Under the pieces are notes generated by a model. That model worked only from the letters and a program-made list of their open reading frames with translations. It was not told the origin of the DNA and made no database searches. The position numbers and the translations under genes are program-made. A stretch of DNA of 64,000 bases from contig JBGPBV010000020.1 in assembly GCA_041481445.1 (NCBI GenBank), positions 288 through 64,287 on the forward strand, written 5' to 3'. The DNA comes from Vicinamibacteria bacterium. GTDB lineage: Bacteria; Acidobacteriota; Vicinamibacteria; Fen-336. Shown in pieces: positions 45,579 through 54,110 of the stretch (position 1 is the first letter of the stretch; every line of letters starts with the position of its first letter).

Positions 45579-46892
45579 TCAGCGCGCCCGGGCCACCACG
45601 AGCGTCATGTCGTCCTCGGCCTGGGCGCCCGCGGACCAGCCCTGGACCTCGCCCAACAGGGAGTACAAGGCGATACGGGCGGATGATTCCCCGCCCAGGC
45701 GCACGGCCGCCTCCTTGAGGCGCTCGACGCCGTACATCTCGCCGCCGGGGTTCGCGCGATCGGTGAGGCCGTCGCTGTAGAAGACGAACAGGTCGTCGCG
45801 CTCGAAGGGCACCGAGCCCTGCTCGTACTCGGAGTCCTCCACCAGGCCGAGCACGGTCCCGCCCTGCATGAGGTCGCGGGCCTCGCGCCGGGGCGCCACG
45901 AGGAACGGGTAATGGTGGCCGGCGTTGACGTAGTCGAGGCTTCCGGCCTCCAGGTCGAAGACGCCGAAGAAGAGGCTGGCGAACAGGCCATTGGGGACGA
46001 CGTCCCAGAACATCCGGTTCACCTTGGCCACCAGCGTCTGTGGGCAGACGTTCTCCGCCTCCACCTGGGCGCGGATCGAGGCCTTGAGGTTCGCGGCCAG
46101 CAGGGCCGCCGGCACCCCCTTGCCCATCACGTCGCCGATCGCGAAGGCCAGGCGGTGCGGGCCGAGCGAGACGAAGTCGTAGAAGTCGCCCCCGATCTCG
46201 CGGAAGGGGATGAACTCCCGCGCGACCTCGAGCCGCGCGTGCTGGAGGGGCACCGGGAGCAGGCTGCGCTGGACGTTCGAGGCCAAACGCAGCTCCTCCG
46301 CCATGCGGCTGGCCAGCACCTCCAGCCGCCCGTAGAGGCCCTGCAGCTCCGCGTTCTTGCGCGAGAGCTCCGACATCCAGCCCCGCACGCGCACCGCGGA
46401 ATGCACGCGGGCCAGGAGCTGGCGCTCGCCCAGGCCCGCCGCCACCACGTCGTCGATGGCGGCCTGGTAGGCCGGACGGAGGCGCGGGCGCGAGCCCTCG
46501 CGCATCACCAGGAGCACCGCCGGCCGGGAGGTCTCGTGGCGGTCGGCCAGCGGGGCCAGCACGCGGCTCAGGCCGCGCGTCCCCAGCGCCGCGTCCAGGA
46601 GCAGGACCTCGAAACCGGCGTCGGCGAGGCCGTCCGCCTCCTCCACCCCGAACGCGGACATGTCGTAGGCGCGCGTCAGCAGGCGCCGGCGGCGCACTCC
46701 CGGCAGCCGGCCGATCAGCGCGACGCGCGGGCGCGGGGCGGGGGGCGGCGGCACGGGGGTCGCGGCGCGGGGCGACTCCGCGGTCAAGACGCGCGCGACG
46801 TCGAGGGCGGCGTCGCCGGCCGAGGATCGGCGGGCCGCGCGCGGCCGCCGGCGCTCCGGCACGGCCATCCAGCCCTCACGCGGCGCCGCCAT
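45579..46892 (-). CDS. PP2C/SpoIIE (RsbU-like) phosphatase with degenerate receiver-like N-terminus
   Basis: ASNVQRSLLP, IGGDFYDF, IGDVMGKGVPAAL, YVNAGH, YSDGLTD, EDDMTLV; TGATG coupling to the response regulator. Confidence 0.9.
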   Translation of the reverse strand: MAAPREGWMAVPERRRPRAARRSSAGDAALDVARVLTAESPRAATPVPPPPAPRPRVALIGRLPGVRRRRLLTRAYDMSAFGVEEADGLADAGFEVLLLDAALGTRGLSRVLAPLADRHETSRPAVLLVMREGSRPRLRPAYQAAIDDVVAAGLGERQLLARVHSAVRVRGWMSELSRKNAELQGLYGRLEVLASRMAEELRLASNVQRSLLPVPLQHARLEVAREFIPFREIGGDFYDFVSLGPHRLAFAIGDVMGKGVPAALLAANLKASIRAQVEAENVCPQTLVAKVNRMFWDVVPNGLFASLFFGVFDLEAGSLDYVNAGHHYPFLVAPRREARDLMQGGTVLGLVEDSEYEQGSVPFERDDLFVFYSDGLTDRANPGGEMYGVERLKEAAVRLGGESSARIALYSLLGEVQGWSAGAQAEDDMTLVVARAR

Positions 46893-47578
46893 CAGGTGGG
46901 ATCGACGAACTTGTACCCGGTCCCGTGGATGGTGAGGATGTAGCGCGGCTCCGAGCCGCTGTCGCCGATCTTGGCGCGCAGCTTGGCGATGTGGGTGTCG
47001 ACGGTGCGGGTGGACGGATAGCTCTCGTAGCCCCACACGTCCTCGAGCAGCTTCTCGCGGGACACGGTGTCGCCCTTGCGCTCGATCAGGTAGCGCAGCA
47101 GCTCGAACTCGCGCGGGGAGAGGTCGAGGGCCTCCCCGCCCTTCTTGGCCTGGTAGACCTCGAAGTCCAGCTCGATGTCGGCGAACCGGTAGCGGGCCAG
47201 GCGCTTCTTGCTCCCCTCCGTCCGGCGCAGGATCGCGCGCACGCGGGCGAGCAGCTCGCGGATCGAGAAGGGCTTGGTGACGTAGTCGTCCGCGCCCAGC
47301 TCCAGGCCCACCACCTTGTCGATCTCCTGGCCGCGCGCGGTCAGCATCACGATCGGCTTGTCGAACCCCTCGCCGCGCAGGGTCTTGCAGACCTCGAGGC
47401 CGGAGAGCTTCGGCAGCATGATGTCGAGGATCACGAGGTCGGGCTTGGCCGCGCGGGCCCGCTCCAGGCCGGTCACGCCGTCGGAGGCGGTGAGGACCTC
47501 GTAGCCCTCGAACTCGAAGTTGTCCTTCAAGCCGAGCACCATGTCGGGTTCGTCTTCGACGACGAGAATCTTTGCCAC
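46892..47578 (-). CDS. OmpR/PhoB-family response regulator
   Basis: ILVVEDE, LDIMLP, MLTARG, GADDYVTKPF, winged helix TRTVDTHIAKLRAKI. Confidence 0.95.
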   Translation of the reverse strand: MAKILVVEDEPDMVLGLKDNFEFEGYEVLTASDGVTGLERARAAKPDLVILDIMLPKLSGLEVCKTLRGEGFDKPIVMLTARGQEIDKVVGLELGADDYVTKPFSIRELLARVRAILRRTEGSKKRLARYRFADIELDFEVYQAKKGGEALDLSPREFELLRYLIERKGDTVSREKLLEDVWGYESYPSTRTVDTHIAKLRAKIGDSGSEPRYILTIHGTGYKFVDPT

Positions 47579-47586
47579 TGGGTGGA

Positions 47587-49134
47587 TTATCTCCCCGTTC
47601 CGCTCTTGCCCACAGGAAGGACCAGCGTGAACGTGCTGCCCTTGCCGGGGGCGCTCTCGAGCTGCACCTCGCCGCCGTGCGCCTCCATGATGTGGCGGAC
47701 CAGGGCCAGGCCGAGACCGCTGCCCTTGGTCTCGTGCACCAGGCTGTCCTCGCCCCGGTAGAACTTCTCGAAGATCTTCTTCTGCTCGCTGCGCGGGATG
47801 CCGATGCCGCGGTCGGTCACGGCGACCAGGACGTGCGAGCCCTGCCAACCCACGTCGATGCGGATGGACTTGACGTCGCGGGAGTACTTGATCGCGTTGT
47901 TCACGAGGTTGAGGATGGCCTGCCCCAGGGCCTCCTCGTCCGCGGGGACGTGCGGCAGGTCCTCCTCCACGTTCACGGCCAGCTCGAAGCCCTGCTGCTC
48001 GATCTGGAAGCGGTAGGACTCGATGACGTCGCGCACGACGCGGGCCACGTCGGTGGGGGCGAACCGGTACTCCTTGCGCCCGGCCTCGATGCGCGAGAAG
48101 TCGAGGATGTTGTTGATGAGCTGGGTGAGGCGGTGGCTCTCCTTGTTGATGACGCGGTAGTACTGCTGGGCCTTCTCCGGGCTGGGCACGCGCCCGAGCT
48201 CGAGGGTCTCCGCGAAGAGCCGGACCAGGGCCAGCGGCGTCTTGAGCTCGTGGCTGACGTTGGCCACGAAGTCGCTCTTGAGCCGGGCCAGGTGCACCTC
48301 CCGGCGCACGTTGCTGTAGACGAGGTAGAGCCCGGCGGCCAGCATCAGGTCGATGAACCCGATCACGGACACCGTCCCCATCTCCCACCAGCGCACGCCC
48401 TGCTCGATGGAGACGTCCTTGTAGCGCATGGCGAGCTTGAGGCCGTGGAACGAGAGGCTGTCCATCGGATGGTAGACCTCGAAGCGGCCGTCGGGGGTGG
48501 GGGCCGTCTCGTAGATCACGTCCGCCCCGCGGCTGACGCGGACCACCAGCGTCTGGTCGGGGTTGGGGAAGTCCTTCTCGAAGTACTTGCGTATGAGCCG
48601 CCGCTGGACGAACTCGGGCGCGTAGCGGTAGCGCAGGATGCCGGACACGGTGCCGTGCGTGTCGACCCAGGGCACGGCCTCCTCGTTCGAGGGTCCCGCC
48701 GGCGGGTCCATGCCCGACAGCACCTCGCGCGGCGTCTCCGTCCACTTGCCGGGCCTGGGCGCCGGCCGCGTGCGCCCGGGAGAAGAGCCCTCCAGGCGCA
48801 GGCTCACGAACATGTCGGGGTCGAAGCCGGCGTCCTGGAGGGCGGGCCCGATCGCCTCCCGCCGTCCGTCGAGCAGCCTCTCCCCGCCCACGGCGCGCGC
48901 GGCGTCGAGGGCCTGGCTCTGCGCGCTCATGACCAGGTCCTTCTCGACGTAGTACAAGGTCCGCTCGGCCCGCTTGACCTCCAGCGCCTGCTTGCCCTTG
49001 GCCAGCTCGGGCACGAACTCGATCGAGACGTACGACAGGGCCAGCGACGGCAGCAGGACCGCGCCCACGAAGATGGAGATCAGCCGGCCCTTGCCGTCCT
49101 GCGGGGCCGAGACGTCGCGGGTGGGATCGCCCAC
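47587..49134 (-). CDS. Sensor histidine kinase (2 TM, HisKA, HATPase)
   Basis: FVANVSHELKTPL, NLVNNAIKYS, DRGIGI, IFEKFYR, GSGLGL. Start is GTG 49134 or ATG 49152. Confidence 0.93.
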   Translation of the reverse strand: MGDPTRDVSAPQDGKGRLISIFVGAVLLPSLALSYVSIEFVPELAKGKQALEVKRAERTLYYVEKDLVMSAQSQALDAARAVGGERLLDGRREAIGPALQDAGFDPDMFVSLRLEGSSPGRTRPAPRPGKWTETPREVLSGMDPPAGPSNEEAVPWVDTHGTVSGILRYRYAPEFVQRRLIRKYFEKDFPNPDQTLVVRVSRGADVIYETAPTPDGRFEVYHPMDSLSFHGLKLAMRYKDVSIEQGVRWWEMGTVSVIGFIDLMLAAGLYLVYSNVRREVHLARLKSDFVANVSHELKTPLALVRLFAETLELGRVPSPEKAQQYYRVINKESHRLTQLINNILDFSRIEAGRKEYRFAPTDVARVVRDVIESYRFQIEQQGFELAVNVEEDLPHVPADEEALGQAILNLVNNAIKYSRDVKSIRIDVGWQGSHVLVAVTDRGIGIPRSEQKKIFEKFYRGEDSLVHETKGSGLGLALVRHIMEAHGGEVQLESAPGKGSTFTLVLPVGKSGTGR

Positions 49135-49234
49135 GGACGACGAGGGTACCATCCGCCCCGGGCCGGGTCCGTCCACAAAACGCAACCTTGAGTGAAACGT
49201 TGTGATGGACGGCCGGGGGCGAGCCTGCCGCCGA

Positions 49235-51040
49235 TCAGGGCCGGTAGCGGCTGACCAGTGCCTCGGCGATGGCGCGCGCCCCGAGCGCAATCTGGGCCAG
49301 GAACAGGATGCGCCCGGCCATCCGGCGCGCGCCGCCTTTCTGCTCGAGCCGCGCCACGCCCGTCCCCGCCGAGAGGGCTACCGCCGCCGTCAGGCCGTAC
49401 AGGTAGCGGACCTCCAGCGGCGACACGATCGCGGGGACGGCCAGGGCCAGGCCGGCCAGCCAGTAGGCGGAGAGGTCGCGCGCCGGGCGACCGTCCGCTC
49501 TCGGGCGCGGCCGTCCCCACCAGGCCAGCACGATCGCGGGCACGCCCCACTGGCCCAGCGCGCCCAGTACCTGCAGCCGCGCGGCATCCCAGGCCGTTCG
49601 CGACGCGCCCCTCCCCTGCCCGCCGCCCTCGAGCAGGCGCGGGAGCTGCTCCCAGACGAGGCCGAGGAAGTGGGCATAGTACGCGGCGGCCACCACCACC
49701 CCGACCCCGGCCGCCCACAGCCGCGTGCGGTCCCGGTCCCGCGCTCTCGTGTCCGTGATGACCAACAACATCACCAGCGCCATCACGAACACGAAGCTCG
49801 AGAAGTGCGCGAGGGCGGCCGCGGCGAGGAGGGCGGCTCCCACCGGCCAGCGCCCGGGCGCGCGCCCCGCCCACCAGCAGAACAGCAGCACGGTCGCGTC
49901 CTGTCCGAATGCGTTCGACAGGTTCCCGTACGAGTAGGCGACGTCGAACGTGCCGGGGAGCACCTGGAGCAGGACGGTGGAGAATGCCGCCGCCGCCGGC
50001 CCCCAGGCGACGAGCGCGAGCAGGAACACGCCCGCCGTCGCGAGGAGGCCGGCCACGGCCGCGCCCACGCGCACGAGCATGACCGTGTCCAGGCCGGCGC
50101 GCGCCAGCGGCGCCAGGAGCGCGTAGAACGACACGCCGTACGGGAACCGGAAGGGGTGCGCGTGCTGCGTCACGCTGACCGGGAAGAGATCGCCAAGGGC
50201 GACGGCGGCGAGCTTGTTGGCGTGGAAGACGGCGTCGCTCGTCACCATCACCGGCGACGTGCCGGCCACGATCTGCACGAGCCATCCGGCCAGGAGGGCC
50301 ACGAACGCGGCGGGGCCCGCGCCCGCATGCCGGGCCTCCACCGCACGCGCGAAGGCCAGCGCGACCAGGCACCCTGCGCCGACGAGACCGCCGAGCCCCA
50401 GCGCGTACGGCGAGCGCGCGAGGCCGGACGGCCAGAGGAGGGCCGACTGGAGGACGACCACGCCGATCGCGATCGCGCCGGCGGGCCAGGCCCGCGCGCC
50501 CGCGAGCCGGGAGGTGAGGAACGCGACGGCCGCCGATACGAGGAGCTCCAGGAGCAGGCCCGGCGCGGGAAGACGAGGCGGGGCCGTCCAGTCGATCGCC
50601 ACCCGTCCCAGACGCGCGCCGAGCTGCCGTCCGTCGCCGGCGCGGAAGGTCTCGCTGGCCAGCTCGATCGTCCGCGTGGCTCGCCTCGTGGCGGGCAGCG
50701 TGAACGACACCGCGTGCGCGCCTTTCTCGAGGCGGCCGAGGAGGACGCCGTCGGCGGCGACCGTGACCGGCCCCCGCGCCTCGCGGATGTCCACCGCGAG
50801 CGAGAGGGGGGCATCGGGCAGATCGCGGAACCCGAACGTCGCCAAGGCCGTCGTCCAGCGCTCTGGTCCCGCGCCCGGAGGGATCTCGCGGCGGTGCAGG
50901 CCGGTGGCGAACGCGTCCTCGCTCCCGCGGGACACGTCGGCGGCCGGCTTCGGTCCGATCGCGGACAGGACACAGGCCGCCGCCACCGCCACCACCGCGG
51001 CCGCGGCCAGGGCCGCCACGTCCTTCCCGGACCGGATCAT
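49235..51040 (-). CDS. Polytopic membrane protein, GT-C glycosyltransferase-like, with N-terminal periplasmic beta domain
   Basis: TM, periplasmic domain containing ERWT, then many TMs with SDAVFH, FPYGVSFYALLAP and EVRYLY. Confidence 0.6.
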   Translation of the reverse strand: MIRSGKDVAALAAAAVVAVAAACVLSAIGPKPAADVSRGSEDAFATGLHRREIPPGAGPERWTTALATFGFRDLPDAPLSLAVDIREARGPVTVAADGVLLGRLEKGAHAVSFTLPATRRATRTIELASETFRAGDGRQLGARLGRVAIDWTAPPRLPAPGLLLELLVSAAVAFLTSRLAGARAWPAGAIAIGVVVLQSALLWPSGLARSPYALGLGGLVGAGCLVALAFARAVEARHAGAGPAAFVALLAGWLVQIVAGTSPVMVTSDAVFHANKLAAVALGDLFPVSVTQHAHPFRFPYGVSFYALLAPLARAGLDTVMLVRVGAAVAGLLATAGVFLLALVAWGPAAAAFSTVLLQVLPGTFDVAYSYGNLSNAFGQDATVLLFCWWAGRAPGRWPVGAALLAAAALAHFSSFVFVMALVMLLVITDTRARDRDRTRLWAAGVGVVVAAAYYAHFLGLVWEQLPRLLEGGGQGRGASRTAWDAARLQVLGALGQWGVPAIVLAWWGRPRPRADGRPARDLSAYWLAGLALAVPAIVSPLEVRYLYGLTAAVALSAGTGVARLEQKGGARRMAGRILFLAQIALGARAIAEALVSRYRP

Positions 51041-51128
51041 TGCCGTGGAGTCTAACGTCAGGACACCGGCGGGCATTAGGTCGGGCCGCGCACCCGCCGC
51101 GGCGTTTTGTGATGAAATCGTCTCGCCG

Positions 51129-52205
51129 ATGCGCGCCGTCACCGTCGTTCCCGGCCGGGCGCACAGCCTGCAGGTCCGCGATGATGTCCCCGACACGCGC
51201 GCCCTTGACGGGCAGGCCGTGGTGCGCGTGCTCGAGACCGGCGTCTGCGGGACGGATGTCGACATCGAGATGGCCCTCTTCGGCGACGCCCCGCCGGGCA
51301 ACCCGTACCTGATCCTCGGGCACGAGAACCTCGGACGTGTGGAGCGCGCGCCCCGGGACGGCTCCCTCCAGGAGGGCGACCTCGTGGTGGCGACGGTGCG
51401 CCGCCCCTGCCCCGAGCGCTGCCGCTCCTGCCAGAGCGGCCAGCAGGACATGTGCCTCACCGGGCACTACCTGGAGCGGGGCATCAAGGGCCTGCACGGC
51501 TTCATGTCCGATCGCTATGCGGAGTCGCCCCGCTACCTCATCCCCGTTCCGCCCGAGCTGCGCCCGGTGGCCGTGCTCGTCGAGCCGCTCAGCTTCATCG
51601 AGAAGGGGATCGAGCAAGCCCTGCGCTTCCAGCAGCGCCTGGCCTGGGACCCGGGGACCGCGCTCGTGCTCGGGGCGGGGCCCATCGGCCTGCTCGCCGC
51701 GCTCGTCCTGCGCCTGCGCGGCCTGGAGGTGGCGGTGGCCTCGCGCGGACCGGCGGACTCGCCCGCCGCGCGCCTCGCCGAGGACGCCGGCATGCGCTAC
51801 CTCAGCACGCAGACGACGCGGGTGGACGAGATCCCGAAGGCCCTCGGGCCGCGCGACGTCATCTTCGAATCGACGGGATCGGCGTCGGTGATCGTGCCCG
51901 CGATGCACGCCCTGGGCCAGGCCGGGGTCTGCATCCTGGGCAGCGTGACCACCCAGAAGGAGACGATCGAGTTCGACATCGCGGCCTGGAACCAGGACCT
52001 CGTGCTCGGCAACCGCGTGGTGCTGGGCACCGTCAACGCCGCGCGCCGGCATTTCGAGGCGGGGGTGCGGGACCTGGCCGCGGCCCAGGAGCGCTTCCCG
52101 GGCTGGCTCGAGCGCGTGATCACGCGGCGCCTGCCCGTGGCCGAGGCCCGGCAGGCCTTCGACAGGAGCCCGGGCCAGATCAAGTCCGTGCTCCGGTTCG
52201 ACTGA
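51129..52205 (+). CDS. Zn-dependent MDR glucose 1-dehydrogenase
   Basis: GVCGTD, ILGHENLG, VATVRRPC...C..C...DMC, ERGIKGLHGF, LGAGPIG, GTVNA. Confidence 0.85.
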   Translation: MRAVTVVPGRAHSLQVRDDVPDTRALDGQAVVRVLETGVCGTDVDIEMALFGDAPPGNPYLILGHENLGRVERAPRDGSLQEGDLVVATVRRPCPERCRSCQSGQQDMCLTGHYLERGIKGLHGFMSDRYAESPRYLIPVPPELRPVAVLVEPLSFIEKGIEQALRFQQRLAWDPGTALVLGAGPIGLLAALVLRLRGLEVAVASRGPADSPAARLAEDAGMRYLSTQTTRVDEIPKALGPRDVIFESTGSASVIVPAMHALGQAGVCILGSVTTQKETIEFDIAAWNQDLVLGNRVVLGTVNAARRHFEAGVRDLAAAQERFPGWLERVITRRLPVAEARQAFDRSPGQIKSVLRFD

Positions 52206-52217
52206 GGCGCTCCCAGC

Positions 52218-52685
52218 GTGTCCCATCCCGACGACGGCCGCAAGACGATCGCCACCAACCGGAAGGCGTTCTTCAACTACGAGATCTTCGACCGCGCGGA
52301 GGCCGGGGTCGCGCTCGTCGGATCCGAGGTCAAGTCCATCCGCGAGGGCGGCCTGAACTTCCGCGACTCCTTCGTGGAGCTGCGCGGGGGCGAGCTGTTC
52401 CTGGTGGGATGCCGCATCGGGCCCTACAGCCACGGCAACCAGCAGAACCACGCCGAGGGCCGCGACCGCAAGCTGCTCCTGCACCGGCGCGAGATCAACA
52501 AGCTCGGGGGCAAGGCGACCGAGAAGGGCTACACGATCGTGCCCCTGCACGCGTACTTCAAGAACGGCAAGGTCAAGGTCGAGATCGGCCTGGCCCGGGG
52601 CAAGAAGAGCCACGACAAGCGCGAGTCCATCAAGCGCAAGGACATCGAGCGCGAGACGCGGCAGGCGGTCCGGGAGCGGCGGTAG
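52218..52685 (+). CDS. smpB: SsrA-binding protein
   Basis: NRKAFFNYEI, EAGVALVGSEVKSIR, RKLLLHRREI, GKKSHDKRESIK. Confidence 0.96.
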   Translation: MSHPDDGRKTIATNRKAFFNYEIFDRAEAGVALVGSEVKSIREGGLNFRDSFVELRGGELFLVGCRIGPYSHGNQQNHAEGRDRKLLLHRREINKLGGKATEKGYTIVPLHAYFKNGKVKVEIGLARGKKSHDKRESIKRKDIERETRQAVRERR

Positions 52686-52687
52686 GC

Positions 52688-53641
52688 CTAACGCGCCGAT
52701 CGCGCCGCGACCAGATCGGCGGCCAGATGGATCGCCGCCATCAGGCTGCCTTCATCGGCGATGCCCTTCTCGACGATGTCGAAGCCGGTGCCGTGGTCCA
52801 CGGACGTGCGCACGAAGGGCAGGCCGAGGGTCACGTTGACGGCGTGGCCGAAGGCGGCCAGCTTCACCGGGATCAGCCCCTGGTCGTGGTACTGCGCGAG
52901 CACGGCGTCGAACTCCCCGCGCGAGGCGCGCGCGAACAGGCTGTCGGCGGGAAAAGGTCCGCTCACTTCGAGCCCTTCCGCGCGGAGCCGAGCGACCGCG
53001 GGGGCGATCACCTCGATCTCTTCGCGGCCGAACATCCCCGATTCGCCCGCGTGCGGGTTGAGGCCGCAGACGGCGATGCGGCGCGAGGGTGCGCCCAGCC
53101 GGGGCAGCTCGCGGTGCAGCAGGCGGGCCACGCGCTCCACCTCCGCGCCGGTGACGGCGTCCGGCACGCTGCGCAGCGACCGGTGGATCGTGACGAGCGC
53201 GACGCGCAGCGAGCCGCCCACGAACAGCATGGCCACGTCGGACACGCCGGCCACGTCCGCGAGCATCTCCGTGTGGCCGGGCCAGCGGTGGCCGGCGGCG
53301 GCCAGGGACTCCTTGTTGAGGGGCGCGGTCACCAGGGCGTCCACGTGCCCCGCCATCGCATCGCGCGCCGCCTGCCGCACCGCTTCCGCGGCGACCCGGC
53401 CGCCCTCGGCCGACGTCACGCCCAGCCGCAGCTCCCCGCCCACGGGGACGTCCGCGACGCGCACGCCCAGGCTCTCGGGCGCGCGAAGAGAGAAGCGGGC
53501 GGCCCGCTCGCGCAGCGCCCTTAGCGGGCCGTAGACGACGACCTCGGCCGCGGGCAGGTCGGTCCGGGCCAGCGCCTTGAGCACGACCTCCGGACCGATG
53601 CCCGCGGGGTCGCCGACGGTGAGCGCCAGCCGTGTCGTCAT
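52688..53641 (-). CDS. pdxA: 4-hydroxythreonine-4-phosphate dehydrogenase family protein
   Basis: GDPAGIGPE, TAPLNK, GHTEML, GLNPHAGE, YHDQGLIPVK, RTSVDHGT. Confidence 0.92.
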   Translation of the reverse strand: MTTRLALTVGDPAGIGPEVVLKALARTDLPAAEVVVYGPLRALRERAARFSLRAPESLGVRVADVPVGGELRLGVTSAEGGRVAAEAVRQAARDAMAGHVDALVTAPLNKESLAAAGHRWPGHTEMLADVAGVSDVAMLFVGGSLRVALVTIHRSLRSVPDAVTGAEVERVARLLHRELPRLGAPSRRIAVCGLNPHAGESGMFGREEIEVIAPAVARLRAEGLEVSGPFPADSLFARASRGEFDAVLAQYHDQGLIPVKLAAFGHAVNVTLGLPFVRTSVDHGTGFDIVEKGIADEGSLMAAIHLAADLVAARSAR

Positions 53642-53702
53642 CTGCGCAGGCTACCAGTTCCGCCCGGTGAAAAATGGTACCGTTCGACAACGGGGACGCC
53701 AC

Positions 53703-54110
53703 ATGAGCACGATGATGATCAACACGCTGCGCGGGATCAACATCCTCCTCGTGGAGGACGATGAGGACTCGCAGGACATGATGCGCGCCATGCTCGAGAT
53801 GGAAGGCGCGTCCGTGGCCTGCGCGAAGTCGGCCGCGGAAGGCCTCCGCGCGTTCTTCGCGCGCCGCCCCCACGTCCTGGTGTGCGACCTCGGCCTTCCC
53901 GGCGCGGACGGGTACGCCTTCATCCGCCAGATCCGCGAGCTGCCGATGGAGCTGGGCGGGGCCACCGGCGCCGTGGCCGTGACCGCCTACGCGGCGGAGA
54001 TGCCGACCAAGGTCCTGCACGCCGGGTTCCAGGCCCACCTGCCCAAGCCCGTGGAGCCGGCCCAGCTCGTCCAGGCGGTGGCCGCCCTCGCCTTCAAGGA
54101 GCGCCAGTAG
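53703..54110 (+). CDS. Single-domain response regulator
   Basis: ILLVEDD, VCDLGLPGADG, AVTAY, AGFQAHLPKP. Confidence 0.88.
   Translation: MSTMMINTLRGINILLVEDDEDSQDMMRAMLEMEGASVACAKSAAEGLRAFFARRPHVLVCDLGLPGADGYAFIRQIRELPMELGGATGAVAVTAYAAEMPTKVLHAGFQAHLPKPVEPAQLVQAVAALAFKERQ

Noticed and set aside
52206-52700. tmRNA (ssrA) next to smpB
   Set aside because: Flanking gaps are only 12 bp and 2 bp, and no tRNA-like ends are visible.
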